Translations under genes and position numbers: made by a program
Shown: one piece after another, positions 10,691 to 20,684 of the stretch
Numbering within the stretch: the stretch's first letter is position 1
Layout: every line of letters begins with the position of its first letter
From: an archaeon
GTDB lineage: Archaea > Nanobdellota > Nanobdellia > SCGC-AAA011-G17 > GW2011-AR17
Assembly (NCBI GenBank): GCA_018692925.1
Contig: JABHLH010000016.1
Span: forward strand, 19,462 to 83,461
Direction: 5' to 3'
Length of the DNA: 64,000 bases
Notes under the pieces: generated by a model
What the model was told of the DNA's origin: nothing
What the model saw: only the letters and a program-made list of their open reading frames with translations
Databases searched by the model: none

Positions 10691-11019
10691 GGTTGAAACC
10701 CATGTAATTGATTATACATAATAAAACTTTTCTTTACTTTTCTACCTATCCAAAAGGGCATAAAAGGACAATTAACATTATATAAAAAATATTTACCATT
10801 ATCATTATTAGCAACCAAAAATTGAACTAATATTCTTTTTTTTGAAATTTCTTTTCTAGACATAATTTCTAAAGCTCCTGTTTCAGAATCATAAAATAAA
10901 GCTGCAGCTCTTGAATTAAAATTTTTATATTGATTTCCAGAAAAAGCAACTGTTTTCATCATTTTATTCAAATTCTTTTTCAAAAATTGAACATTTTTTA
11001 CAATTAAAGCATCTACCAT
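10687..11019 (-). CDS. Hypothetical protein
   Basis: 110-aa ORF convergent with fen. No motif recognised. Confidence 0.35.
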   Translation of the reverse strand: MVDALIVKNVQFLKKNLNKMMKTVAFSGNQYKNFNSRAAALFYDSETGALEIMSRKEISKKRILVQFLVANNDNGKYFLYNVNCPFMPFWIGRKVKKSFIMYNQLHGFQP

Positions 11020-11071
11020 ATATTTCTATAAGTTATAAATCTTTAAAAATATTTCTACTTTCTAAATAATA

Positions 11072-11650
11072 ATGAAAATATACTTAGTAAGACACGGACA
11101 ATCTGAAGCTAATAAGAATAATACTACACAAGGCCAGATAGATTCTCCATTAACAGAAAAAGGAATAGAGCAAGCAAAAGCTATTGCAAACAGATTAAAA
11201 CTAGAAAATATTGACTTAGCCTATTCTAGTGATTTACAAAGAGCTTCAAAAACTGCTGAAGAAATATTAAAATTTCACCCAAAGATTAGATTAAACAAAA
11301 TAAAAGAATTAAGAGAAATGTCAAAAGGGAAGTATGAGGGTATGAAACACAAACATTTCTATGATGAATTAGAAAAACAAAATTTACTTTACTGCCACTT
11401 CAGACCTGAAGGGGGAGAAAACTATTCAGATAGACTTCCAGAGATTGCAAAATTCTACAATACTTTACCTGATAAAAATATTTTAATCGTTGCACATGGT
11501 GGATCAATAATTTGTTCAATTTTACACTTACTAAATGTCCCTATAGAAGAGTATAGAAAATATTTATCAAATAATACATCACTAACAGTAATAAATAATA
11601 AGCAAATAAAAATTTTAAATTGCACAGAACATCTTTCTAAAACTTTATAA
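11072..11650 (+). CDS. Histidine phosphatase family protein (phosphoglycerate mutase-like)
   Basis: The N-terminal RHG motif is present (LVRHGQSEAN). A downstream AHGG catalytic His motif is also present. Confidence 0.8.
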   Translation: MKIYLVRHGQSEANKNNTTQGQIDSPLTEKGIEQAKAIANRLKLENIDLAYSSDLQRASKTAEEILKFHPKIRLNKIKELREMSKGKYEGMKHKHFYDELEKQNLLYCHFRPEGGENYSDRLPEIAKFYNTLPDKNILIVAHGGSIICSILHLLNVPIEEYRKYLSNNTSLTVINNKQIKILNCTEHLSKTL

Positions 11651-11674
11651 AGTCAAAATTAATAATTTTCAACA

Positions 11675-12793
11675 ATGAAAAAGTCTACTAAAAGAGCTTT
11701 AAAGAAAACAATAATTTCCATATTAACAATAATTATTTTAATAGCATTAGCTACATCTGTTTACTTAACTTTCTACAACAATTCAGAACCAATCGTAATC
11801 AAATTTGACAAAGATTGTGAATGGGAATCTTTAATCCAAAATGACATTAAATTAACTATTGAAAACGAAGAATTCATAATAATTGGAACTGATGGTACAA
11901 GTACAGATTTTAAAGAATTAGAATCAAATTCTTGTGTTCTAGAAATTGCTAAAGGTAACAACATCAAAACTATGGTTAGTGAATTAAAAAAAGATCTAAA
12001 CTCTGCTAGAGACGAACAAATAAAACAATTAAAATTAGATAGAACTGTTATTCAAAGAGATGTAATTGATAGGGAAGATCTACAGGAATTACTTGAACAA
12101 GAAAATCCAGAAAGAGATTGGCCTGGTGGGATTATTTCACCTTACCAAATTTATATTACTCCTGATGCAGATGCAGTTCAAGATTTAGCAAATGAGTTGA
12201 ATGGAATAGAAGAAATTTATGCTGAATCTTTAGATTGGGTTTGGATGTCAGATGAAATGTTATTAGGGGAAGTAGAAAAATGGTTATCTCCTCAAGATTT
12301 TTTAACAACAACAGCTGGCCTATCAACAAATCCTTTAGGTTTAACTGCAAGTGACTGTGAAGAACAAGCAAACACATTAGTTTCAGTTTTAATTGCAGAT
12401 GGATATGATCCTGAAAATATAAGAGTTGTTTTAGGAACTGTAAATTTTGATGGTACAGTTGGTGGACATGCATGGGTACAAGTTTATGAAGGAGGTAGAT
12501 GGTTTGATGTTGAAGCTACAGCAGGAAACTATTATGACGAGTCAGGTTACATTGAAGTTGACTCTTCAAGTATACCATATTATTATTTCAAATATCATGA
12601 ATATCCATCAGTAGAAATTTGGATGTACTACAATAATGAATATTTCTGGAATGAACTAACTGATAAAGGAAACTCACCTCCACACTGGACAGAAGAATCA
12701 GGATCATGGTTAGAAGAAGACTTAGAAACATTTCAATTTTCAAGAAGACCACCTAGAACTAGTGCAGATTTAATTTATCCATTAAGGCGATAA
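11675..12793 (+). CDS. Membrane-anchored transglutaminase-like cysteine protease superfamily protein
   Basis: It has an N-terminal TM. Cys (SDCEEQA), His (GGHAWVQVY) and Asp (WFDVEAT) follow the Cys-His-Asp spacing of transglutaminase-like cores. Confidence 0.55.
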   Translation: MKKSTKRALKKTIISILTIIILIALATSVYLTFYNNSEPIVIKFDKDCEWESLIQNDIKLTIENEEFIIIGTDGTSTDFKELESNSCVLEIAKGNNIKTMVSELKKDLNSARDEQIKQLKLDRTVIQRDVIDREDLQELLEQENPERDWPGGIISPYQIYITPDADAVQDLANELNGIEEIYAESLDWVWMSDEMLLGEVEKWLSPQDFLTTTAGLSTNPLGLTASDCEEQANTLVSVLIADGYDPENIRVVLGTVNFDGTVGGHAWVQVYEGGRWFDVEATAGNYYDESGYIEVDSSSIPYYYFKYHEYPSVEIWMYYNNEYFWNELTDKGNSPPHWTEESGSWLEEDLETFQFSRRPPRTSADLIYPLRR

Positions 12794-13288
12794 TTCATCC
12801 AAAAACATTCCAACTTTATTTCTATAAAGATTTGTTGTTTGATAAATTAAAGAAGGGTTTTGACCAAGTTTACTAAAATCTGAAACATCAACACATTTAC
12901 TTCCAGGTAAATCTGTATAAACACAAGTTTCATATCTTCCATCAGAGTTATGAAATTCCTCTTCAAATTTAAAATTTAAATTTCTTCCTCCAACTCTAAC
13001 TTTAAAATTATAAATTAATTTATCCCCATTAGACAGACCAACATCACCTTGATCTAAAAAAACAACACTATCTAAAAAAACAGGGATTTTAAACCAGCCA
13101 AGATGTTGTAAATTTTGTTTAGAATACTGATCAACATTATAGATTTTTGCATCTCTTGTTTCTTCAAATTGACCACCACTCAAGGCCAAATCCATGACTA
13201 AAGCACTAATTGTACTTGGCTCATATGTGTTATCAGCACTAGCCATACTTACAAAAGGCAATAATATTAAAGGATTCATAAAAAACAT
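12782..13288 (-). CDS. Secreted hypothetical protein
   Basis: It has a signal peptide (MFFMNPLILLPFVSMASA). No known motif. Confidence 0.5.
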   Translation of the reverse strand: MFFMNPLILLPFVSMASADNTYEPSTISALVMDLALSGGQFEETRDAKIYNVDQYSKQNLQHLGWFKIPVFLDSVVFLDQGDVGLSNGDKLIYNFKVRVGGRNLNFKFEEEFHNSDGRYETCVYTDLPGSKCVDVSDFSKLGQNPSLIYQTTNLYRNKVGMFLDELSP

Positions 13289-13372
13289 CTAAAAATGAAA
13301 TTATTTAAAGATTTCACTTATTCATCGCATAATCCAAAAAGACTTTTAAACTCCTATTTTATTAAATAACTA

Positions 13373-14290
13373 ATGAAATGCGCTAAAACGCTAAAGAAGA
13401 ATGCTGAAAAGTTAAAACATAAATTAATCGAAGCAAAAGTTTTATCTAGAGACTACAAGGCTCACATCGGTAAAACTCACATTTATTTTCCTCTTTCAAA
13501 AGAAATCAAAGGTTTAGACATTACAGATAAAAAATGTGAAAAGATTGAAAAGATAAACATGAACTCAGGTTCTTATGATCAAGTTGGAGATATTGTTATA
13601 TTATCACAAGATGCAAAAAAATCTGATGCAAAAGAGATCCTAAAAAGATCAAACATAAAAGTTGTATTGAGAAGAAAAGGGAACTATAGTGGAGAATTCA
13701 GAACATTAAAACTAGATTATTTAGCTGGTGAAAAAAGAAAAGAGACAATTCACAAAGAAAATGGTGTTCAAATGAAATTAAATCCTGAGGAAGTATATTT
13801 CTCTCCTAGATTAAGTACTGAAAGATTAAGAGTAGCTTCCTTAGTTAAAGACGGTGAAAAAGTTTTAGTTTTATTTTCAGGTGTTGCACCATATCCTTTA
13901 GTGATTGCAAAACATTCAAATCCTAAATTAATTGTTGCTGTAGAAAAAAATCCAATTGGTCACAAATATGCACTTGAAAATTGTAAAAAATATTCAAACA
14001 TAGAATTATACAATGAAGATGCAAAAACATTTACTCACAAAGAAAAGTTTGACAGAATACTAATGCCCTTACCAAAATCTGCTGAAGACTTTTTAGACAA
14101 TACAAAAAAACTAATAAAAAAGAATGGTATAATTCATTTTTATGATTTCTTAAACGAAAAAGATATTCCTGATCATACCATTGAAACCATAAAAAAACAC
14201 ATAAAAAAATTCAAAGTTTTACATCTTGCAAAATGTGGCCAATATGGTCCAGGAAAGCTTAGAATCTGCTTAGATATTAAATTAACTTAA
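13373..14290 (+). CDS. Met-10+ like (Trm5/Taw2 family) SAM-dependent tRNA methyltransferase
   Basis: The Rossmann SAM motif VLVLFSGVAPYPLVIA and the following VEKNP.....NCK..N....NEDA match the Trm5/TYW2 pattern. Confidence 0.55.
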   Translation: MKCAKTLKKNAEKLKHKLIEAKVLSRDYKAHIGKTHIYFPLSKEIKGLDITDKKCEKIEKINMNSGSYDQVGDIVILSQDAKKSDAKEILKRSNIKVVLRRKGNYSGEFRTLKLDYLAGEKRKETIHKENGVQMKLNPEEVYFSPRLSTERLRVASLVKDGEKVLVLFSGVAPYPLVIAKHSNPKLIVAVEKNPIGHKYALENCKKYSNIELYNEDAKTFTHKEKFDRILMPLPKSAEDFLDNTKKLIKKNGIIHFYDFLNEKDIPDHTIETIKKHIKKFKVLHLAKCGQYGPGKLRICLDIKLT

Positions 14291-14362
14291 TTTCCTTTTT
14301 AAACTCAAGAACTTCTAAGTGATAACATACTTTTATAAAACAAAATACCCTCTATATATTAC

Positions 14363-14689
14363 ATGTTAGAAGCAAATATTTCACAAATAATTAAGAAGGT
14401 AATTCACCTAGATACAATCTTTGGAAAATGGATAGTCTTACTTTTATTATTGATTTATGCATATGGATCTATAAACTTCTATCAACTTAACAAAAGGGTT
14501 AGTAAAATAACTCCAAAAGTTCTATCAAGTAAGTTAAAACATTTACAAGAAATAGATTTGATTGGAAGAAAAATTTTAATTGAGCAACCATTAAGAGTAG
14601 AATATTATATTACTCGAAAGGGTGAAGAATTTGTTGAAAATTTAATAAAAACTTTCAACTTAAAATGTATCCTTCCAAAAAAAAATTAA
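14363..14689 (+). CDS. HxlR-type winged-helix transcriptional regulator
   Basis: A pattern ending in GLIGRK....QPLRVEYYITRKGEEF matches the HxlR wing motif R.EY.LT..G. Confidence 0.5.
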   Translation: MLEANISQIIKKVIHLDTIFGKWIVLLLLLIYAYGSINFYQLNKRVSKITPKVLSSKLKHLQEIDLIGRKILIEQPLRVEYYITRKGEEFVENLIKTFNLKCILPKKN

Positions 14690-15219
14690 AAAGATCCCTG
14701 GATTGCATCCCATGTTTCCCCAATAGCTCCTGTTATACTAGGTAGACCTAAATATGCACTTCTAAAGAATGGCACATCATGGAAAGCACAAGCAAAAGAT
14801 TCGGCTATAACTTCGTCAACAAATAATCTACATCCTACAAAAGCAACTGTTGCATACGCTATTGGTTTAACAGATTTATTTCTAATAGCTTGTTGAACAC
14901 CTAAGCTAACAATCAAAGCACTCAAACCATAAGATATCCAATAAGAATCAGCATGCCCTAATTCATGTGCTAAAGTTTGTGCCATTAAATCTCCTCTTGA
15001 ATCTGCTTGAGTCAAAGCAACATATGATGGATCTGGATCTCTAATAATAATTTCTTTTCCACTAGGATTAATATATCCAGCCAAAGTAAAAAAACCATCT
15101 GACTCTTCAAAATTCACTTCAAATTCTTGTCCATAAATATTTTCAACAGTTTTCCCATCATATTTTATATCCCATCCTTTATTTTTTATTTCTTGTATTA
15201 TTTCTGATTCCAAACTCAT
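14686..15219 (-). CDS. Putative zinc metallopeptidase (HExxH)
   Basis: AHELGH motif in a 177-aa protein. No other family signature recognised. Confidence 0.45.
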   Translation of the reverse strand: MSLESEIIQEIKNKGWDIKYDGKTVENIYGQEFEVNFEESDGFFTLAGYINPSGKEIIIRDPDPSYVALTQADSRGDLMAQTLAHELGHADSYWISYGLSALIVSLGVQQAIRNKSVKPIAYATVAFVGCRLFVDEVIAESFACAFHDVPFFRSAYLGLPSITGAIGETWDAIQGSF

Positions 15220-15309
15220 TTTCTCCTCCTAACAGAGCTCTCGCTATCCTATACCAAAGCGAAAAAAAACTCTTAAAAAAAAAGAAGTCAAACAGTTTAA
15301 AAAAACTTT

Positions 15310-15357
15310 ACAAGAAAAAACTGAAAAATTTTCAGAAAAACTGAAAGATTTTCAGAA
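15310..15357 (-). terminator. Two tandem near-palindromic hairpins (ctgaaaa-a-ttttcag and ctgaaa-ga-ttttcag). They are followed by a T-run on the minus strand, just 3' of the 15358..15723 gene. This is a candidate terminator or operator.
   Basis: A direct repeat of aaaactgaaa[a/g]attttcag is present, and each copy is self-complementary. It also sits upstream of the minus-strand gene ending at 15219. Confidence 0.3.
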
Positions 15358-15723
15358 TTAAACTAAAAGAGCTGCATATCTATCAAAAGAACTTTCAGCA
15401 TTATCCCGTAATTCAGAAACCATACTAGCTGCTAAAAAAGAATCAAAATTTAATTGCAAGCCTCTATAAACTCCAGCCCATTGAGTAGTTGCACCATAAA
15501 CAACTTTAGTCCCTTCATCTTCAAGAATTTCAAAATCATGATTTACAAAAACTTTAAGACCATTAATATGTCCTTCTCTTGAACTTGGCCAAACAAATAC
15601 AGCTTTCCTAGAATTTTCTGAACCTTCATATCCTGCAAAAACAGCTTCTTGATGATCTAGATTGGATCTATTTATAATTTGAACCCTACTTCCTCTAACT
15701 AATTGACTTAAATCGTTTCTCAT
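15358..15723 (-). CDS. Hypothetical protein
   Basis: 121-aa ORF. No motif recognised. Confidence 0.4.
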   Translation of the reverse strand: MRNDLSQLVRGSRVQIINRSNLDHQEAVFAGYEGSENSRKAVFVWPSSREGHINGLKVFVNHDFEILEDEGTKVVYGATTQWAGVYRGLQLNFDSFLAASMVSELRDNAESSFDRYAALLV

Positions 15724-15738
15724 TACATCAAAGAAAAA

Positions 15739-16086
15739 TTAACTCTTTATAAACCTTTTCTCATAAATATCAGGACTAAAATAATAAAATAATTCATTTC
15801 TAACTTCACTAAGGTCTAAATCATATTTAATTCCTAAAGCATAAACATCAAAAGCATCTCTTTCTACAGAGTAATACACATAAGCAGAAGTCTTTTTTAA
15901 TGGAATATTTTTAGAATTCAAAATACCTTCATCAAACCTCAAGCACTTAATTTCCCACAAATATAAATCATCTCCTTTAATTGGATGATAAACTACATTT
16001 TCAACTTTCACATCTAATATAGATTCATCTTTCAATATTTTATCAATACATCTTCTAATACTAACATCGAATTTTTTTAGATTCAT
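15739..16086 (-). CDS. Hypothetical protein
   Basis: 115-aa ORF. No motif recognised. Confidence 0.4.
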   Translation of the reverse strand: MNLKKFDVSIRRCIDKILKDESILDVKVENVVYHPIKGDDLYLWEIKCLRFDEGILNSKNIPLKKTSAYVYYSVERDAFDVYALGIKYDLDLSEVRNELFYYFSPDIYEKRFIKS

Positions 16087-16126
16087 AAATTCAAAAATTA
16101 AAGAGAGCTATATAAACTTAATGTAT

Positions 16127-16678
16127 CTATTTAAAACCTAAAGCTACTATATACAATTCTTTAGAACTTTGCCTTGTACTTTTTGGCACATACCTTTTTA
16201 CAAATTCAAAAAAAGGTTTCATCTCTTTTACTAATTCTTCAGTATCTTGTGACTGAAAAGTTTTTACAACAAAATTCCCTTTCTTCTTCAAATTTTTCTT
16301 AGCCACTAAAAAACTTTCTCTAGACAATTCATAGGACAAAAATTGATCTTCTTCTCTACTTCCTGTAGTCTTAGGAGCAATATCTGAAATTACTACATCA
16401 AACTTTGCATCAAATTTAACTTTTCTAACATCTTCTTGAATAAATTTAACACCAGATATTTTTTTCATTGGAACTATATCTACTCCAAATATTTTACCTC
16501 TTGTATATTTCTTTACAACTTGCAGCCAAGAACCAGGAGCACAACCAATATCTAAAACAACATCTCCACTTTTGATTAAATTATATTTAGTTTGAATTTC
16601 AATTAATTTATACGAACTTCTAGCTCTATAACCTGCTTTCTTAGCTTTCTCATAAAACTTATCTCTTCTCTCGTACAT
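16127..16678 (-). CDS. rlmE: RlmE/FtsJ-family rRNA 2'-O-ribose methyltransferase
   Basis: RSSYKLIEI...VVLDIGCAPGSWLQV matches the RrmJ/FtsJ signature (RSRAAYKL...DLGAAPGGWSQ). Confidence 0.85.
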   Translation of the reverse strand: MYERRDKFYEKAKKAGYRARSSYKLIEIQTKYNLIKSGDVVLDIGCAPGSWLQVVKKYTRGKIFGVDIVPMKKISGVKFIQEDVRKVKFDAKFDVVISDIAPKTTGSREEDQFLSYELSRESFLVAKKNLKKKGNFVVKTFQSQDTEELVKEMKPFFEFVKRYVPKSTRQSSKELYIVALGFK

Positions 16679-18016
16679 TTACAACCCCAGATTCATTGAC
16701 CTTTTATATTTTAATGCTGTTGGTGCTTCTCCACCGTGCCAAGAAAATTTAGGTCTAACTCTCATTGGATACAATCTTTCAGAATTATCATCAAGAATAA
16801 TTGCTGCACCTTTTTCAGCTGGCAACATATTCAAATATCCAGTTAAAGTTTCTCCTAAATAAGTTTGCATCATAGAGTTCAGAGCATTAACGTCTCTCTT
16901 TGCAGTTAATCTATGTGACAAAACAATATCAGATTGAGTTAAAACATCAGTATGAATTTTTCCAGGTTGTTGTGTGATCAATAATAAAGACAAACCAGGT
17001 TGTCTACCTTCTCTTAAAATAGTAACTAAAGCATCAGTAGCTGCAGTTTTTCCTTGGAAAGGTAAAAAGTTATGTGCTTCATCAATAATAAACCAAACCA
17101 AAGGTTTCTTTTCTTTCAAATCAGTTTCTTCTTCCATTTTAAAATAAGAATATCCAGTTTTAATTGCTTCAACTTCTTCTAACTGTCTAGAAATCATTCT
17201 TTCAACAAAAACTCTTCTTGCAACTAAACCCATAACTAAAGCTCTAACTGCTTGTCCACCTTCTCCTGTAAGATAAGCAGACATATCTAAAACACTAACT
17301 TGTCCTCCTCGAATCAAAGTATCAATCTTAGTTCCTTCTTTAGAAAACAAACCCCACCTCTTTGAAGCTTTCATTCTATTCACCCCTTCATTTCTAACTA
17401 AATCTGGAAAAGTATTTTCTTTTTCAATTCTTTCAATAATATCATCAACATCATATTCATAAATCCCATCTTCCATCATATCCCCTAAAACTTTTTCTAA
17501 AAGAATTCCCACAGGATGAGAATAATCTAATTCAAAAGCCAATCTCCAATCTTCTGCAGTTAGCTCACTTGCTTTCAAAGAAAAAGGTTCATCAACTGGA
17601 ACTCCAATTCTTTTTGCATCCTCAAATTTACCATGAGGTGTAAATACTGTAATTTTCTTTAATCCTTTAGGCTCTAATTTCCATTCTTCTAACAAATCTA
17701 AATCTTTTTCATTTGGATATTTCATTGACCAGAATACTCCCATAGTATCCACCATAATAACAGAAAGATTTTTAGAAATTTCATCAGGTAAATCAACCAT
17801 CCCTTCAGCAATTACTGATGCAGAATAAGATTTTCCAGAACCTCTTTTACCGACAACAAAAACAATATGAGATCTTATAACATCCATATAAATATAGTTA
17901 GACAAAGAAACATTTTGTCCCATTTTTACATAAGTTCTTCCTAAGAGAATTGATCCTTTATCACCAAATTTCTTCTTATCGGATTCGTTTCTTCCAACAA
18001 TAACATTAAAAGCCAT
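16679..18016 (-). CDS. HerA/FtsK-superfamily (DUF87-like) P-loop ATPase
   Basis: Walker A is GKRGSGKS and Walker B is WFIIDEAH. Length is 445 aa. No NurA partner was seen. Confidence 0.7.
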   Translation of the reverse strand: MAFNVIVGRNESDKKKFGDKGSILLGRTYVKMGQNVSLSNYIYMDVIRSHIVFVVGKRGSGKSYSASVIAEGMVDLPDEISKNLSVIMVDTMGVFWSMKYPNEKDLDLLEEWKLEPKGLKKITVFTPHGKFEDAKRIGVPVDEPFSLKASELTAEDWRLAFELDYSHPVGILLEKVLGDMMEDGIYEYDVDDIIERIEKENTFPDLVRNEGVNRMKASKRWGLFSKEGTKIDTLIRGGQVSVLDMSAYLTGEGGQAVRALVMGLVARRVFVERMISRQLEEVEAIKTGYSYFKMEEETDLKEKKPLVWFIIDEAHNFLPFQGKTAATDALVTILREGRQPGLSLLLITQQPGKIHTDVLTQSDIVLSHRLTAKRDVNALNSMMQTYLGETLTGYLNMLPAEKGAAIILDDNSERLYPMRVRPKFSWHGGEAPTALKYKRSMNLGL

Positions 18017-18051
18017 AATTATTCTCTAGATTCTAGCTTTTATTAAACTTT

Positions 18052-18669
18052 TTATCCTTTAGTTATACACCAACATCCAACATCAATAGTTTTAACTCTA
18101 GAAATATGAAACCAATAAGTTTGTTTTATTGGAAAATCATAGGTATAAAAATATTTTACTTTAAACCCATTATCTTTAATAAATTTATTTACAAAATCTT
18201 TAGTAGACAATTTATGAAAAGAATAAATAACTCTAGATAATTCCATTGCTTTAACTAAAAACAATTTGTCATGATGAGTTTTTTTAACTCCGAAGGGAGG
18301 ATTTTGTATTACTACATTTATTTTTTCAGAAAAATCTTTTACATTTACATTCAAAAACTCACATTTAATTTTTTTATCTAATAATTTTTCCATTATTTTT
18401 TTATTTTCTTTAGCAACAACTAAAGCTTCCTTATCCATATCTACAAAATAAACTTTCTTTGCTCCAAGAGCCAAAGCAGCAAAACCAAGAATTCCTGGCC
18501 CACAACCTAAATCTCCAACCACTTTATGATTAATATGTTTATTATGATAAGCATTCCACATTATATCAGCTGCTACTGTAGCATCAGTAATATACTGTTC
18601 TAATTTTACTTTAGGGTTCTGAAACCCTTTCAATTTAGACAAAATTATTTCTAACTCTTTTTTATTCAT
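18052..18669 (-). CDS. Small SAM-dependent methyltransferase with an NPPF motif (HemK/METTL5-like)
   Basis: The SAM motif is VGDLGCGPGILG. An NPPFG catalytic motif is typical of N6-adenine/N5-glutamine methyltransferases. Confidence 0.75.
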   Translation of the reverse strand: MNKKELEIILSKLKGFQNPKVKLEQYITDATVAADIMWNAYHNKHINHKVVGDLGCGPGILGFAALALGAKKVYFVDMDKEALVVAKENKKIMEKLLDKKIKCEFLNVNVKDFSEKINVVIQNPPFGVKKTHHDKLFLVKAMELSRVIYSFHKLSTKDFVNKFIKDNGFKVKYFYTYDFPIKQTYWFHISRVKTIDVGCWCITKG

Positions 18670-18696
18670 ACTCTACTAAGAAGAACTTCCATTTAT

Positions 18697-19185
18697 TTAA
18701 CTTTTCTTTTTGAACTTAATCATATCACCAATTGTTACATCAGAACTTTTCATATTAAATTCTTTAATAGTCTCTTTACCAATCTTTTCACTTTTCTTTA
18801 CTAAATCAATTTTAAAATACTGTTCAAACTTTTTTGCAAGCTTCAAAGGTGGTTCTAAACCTCCAGATTCAACTTTTTGTATCACTGAAACTCTTTCTGC
18901 TATAGCTTTTGCAACATCTTCTTGAGTTTTACCCATTTTCTCTCTAGCTTTTCTAACTTTCATTCCATAACCAGAAACAATATTTTCATCTTCAACTCTA
19001 TGTCGCTCTGCAAAGCTTCTTCTTGATTTAAACGCAAGTCTCCTTTCAACAATATCTTTAGGTGGATTTTTAATTTCTATTGCATCACCATACTTTAAAC
19101 ACTTCTGACACACATTCAACATACTTCCTTCAACGATAGCTCTTTTTAGCTCTCCCATATATCCACACATTTCACATGTTGCCAT
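18697..19185 (-). CDS. Archaeal multiprotein bridging factor 1 (Zn-ribbon plus HTH-XRE)
   Basis: The N-terminus has C-x2-C...C-x2-C (CEMCG...CQKC). The C-terminus has an XRE-type HTH (GKTQEDVAKAIAERVSVIQKVESG). The track ORF starts at 19239. The Met at 19185 (MATCEMCG) gives the canonical aMBF1 N-terminus. Confidence 0.7.
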   Translation of the reverse strand: MATCEMCGYMGELKRAIVEGSMLNVCQKCLKYGDAIEIKNPPKDIVERRLAFKSRRSFAERHRVEDENIVSGYGMKVRKAREKMGKTQEDVAKAIAERVSVIQKVESGGLEPPLKLAKKFEQYFKIDLVKKSEKIGKETIKEFNMKSSDVTIGDMIKFKKKS

Positions 19186-19208
19186 AAATAATAAAAAACT
19201 AAAGAAAT

Positions 19209-19526
19209 TTATAAGCTTTCTGAAGTTGAAGTATAACAAAGTCCTTGGATGCCTTCTTTACTAACTTTGTAAACTGTAAATTCTAAGTTTCTTCCCTTTG
19301 CTTCTTCTCTTTCAACAAGGGATCTTAAATCTTCAACATCATCACAAATATAAGCAGAAGGACGTGAAACCTGAGACTGAACATTCCACTGCACTAATAA
19401 TCCAAATTTATCTCCCTCGCTAACTTCAAAGTCATATCCATTAAGTTTTTCACCTTTATACAACTTTTCAGATCCATCTCTATTTGCTAAAATCCAAGGA
19501 TAAAATAATTTTTTCATATTATCCAC
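19209..19526 (-). CDS. Hypothetical protein upstream of gmd
   Basis: 105-aa ORF. Its stop overlaps the gmd start region. No motif recognised. Confidence 0.4.
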   Translation of the reverse strand: MDNMKKLFYPWILANRDGSEKLYKGEKLNGYDFEVSEGDKFGLLVQWNVQSQVSRPSAYICDDVEDLRSLVEREEAKGRNLEFTVYKVSKEGIQGLCYTSTSESL

Positions 19527-20565
19527 TCATTTGTCTAATATCTTCTTCAACCATCATCCTAACTAATTCTTGAAAAGATACTTCTGGCTGCCAACCAAGA
19601 TTCATTTTAGCTTTTGATGGATCTCCTAAAAGGTTATGAACTTCTGCAGGTCTAAAAAACATTGGATGTTGAACTACAAATAATCTACCTTTATCTTTTC
19701 TTAATTCTTCAATTTTCATATCTGCCATCTCTGGGCTCATCATATGTAAATCTACTAATTCATAATTTAATCCAGCTGCTAAAAAAGCTGCATCAACAAA
19801 ATCCTTAACAGAATGATTTTCTCCAGTCGCCACAACATAATCTTCAGGTTTTTCTTGTTGCAACATTAACCACATTGCTTTAATATAATCTCCAGCAAAA
19901 CCCCAATCTCTTCTTGCTTCTAAATTACCTAAAACTAAAACATTTTCTTTTCCAACTTTCATTTTAGCTACATTTTGAGTAATTTTTCTTGTAACAAATT
20001 CAAATCCTCTTCTTGGTGATTCGTGATTGAATAAAATTCCTGAACAACCAAACAGATCATAACTTTCTCTATAATTTCTAATAATATCAAAACCTGTTAC
20101 TTTACTTACACCATATGGTGATCTTGGATGAAACTTTGTAGTTTCTTTTTGTGGAACTTCTTGAACATCTCCAAACATTTCTGAAGTTGCTGCAAAATAC
20201 AATTTACACTTTGGTGCTTTTTCTTTTATCGCATGTAAAACATGCATTGTACCATCTACATTAGTTTTAAAAGTTGAAAATGGATCGTGAAACGATTCGT
20301 GTACAAAACTTTGTGCTGCTAAATGATAACACTCATCTGGTTTTATTTTGTCTATAACATGTATAACAGAAGAATAAATTCCAATATCCCCTGCGTGTAA
20401 TATTAATTTTCCTTTTACATGGTGTATCCTACTAAGTCTAGCTTTTGAATCCTCCAAAGCTGCTCTCCTTACGATACCATGAACTTCATACCCTTTTTCT
20501 AATAAAAATTCTGCCAAATAAGAACCATCTTGTCCTGTAATCCCAGTTACTAAAGCTTTTTTCAT
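19519..20565 (-). CDS. gmd: GDP-mannose 4,6-dehydratase
   Basis: The N-terminus is ALVTGITGQDGSYLAEFLLEKGYEVHGIVRR. This is near-identical to the canonical GMD Rossmann motif. A YxxxK region is present. Confidence 0.9.
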   Translation of the reverse strand: MKKALVTGITGQDGSYLAEFLLEKGYEVHGIVRRAALEDSKARLSRIHHVKGKLILHAGDIGIYSSVIHVIDKIKPDECYHLAAQSFVHESFHDPFSTFKTNVDGTMHVLHAIKEKAPKCKLYFAATSEMFGDVQEVPQKETTKFHPRSPYGVSKVTGFDIIRNYRESYDLFGCSGILFNHESPRRGFEFVTRKITQNVAKMKVGKENVLVLGNLEARRDWGFAGDYIKAMWLMLQQEKPEDYVVATGENHSVKDFVDAAFLAAGLNYELVDLHMMSPEMADMKIEELRKDKGRLFVVQHPMFFRPAEVHNLLGDPSKAKMNLGWQPEVSFQELVRMMVEEDIRQMSG

Positions 20566-20684
20566 TTTAACCCTCCAATTCTCTTCCTAACTAAATTTCC
20601 ATTTATAAGTTTTCTGAAGGAGAAACCATTATTATTAATTTTAAGATAATAAACTATAAAAAGGGTTTAACAAAAAAACATCTA

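Noticed and set aside
10351-12473. Minus-strand ORFs 10351..10533, 11773..11967 and 12156..12473
   Set aside because: They lie inside fen, inside the transglutaminase-like gene N-terminus and in its core, respectively. No motifs.
18710-18925. Plus-strand 71-aa ORF
   Set aside because: Antisense within the aMBF1 gene.
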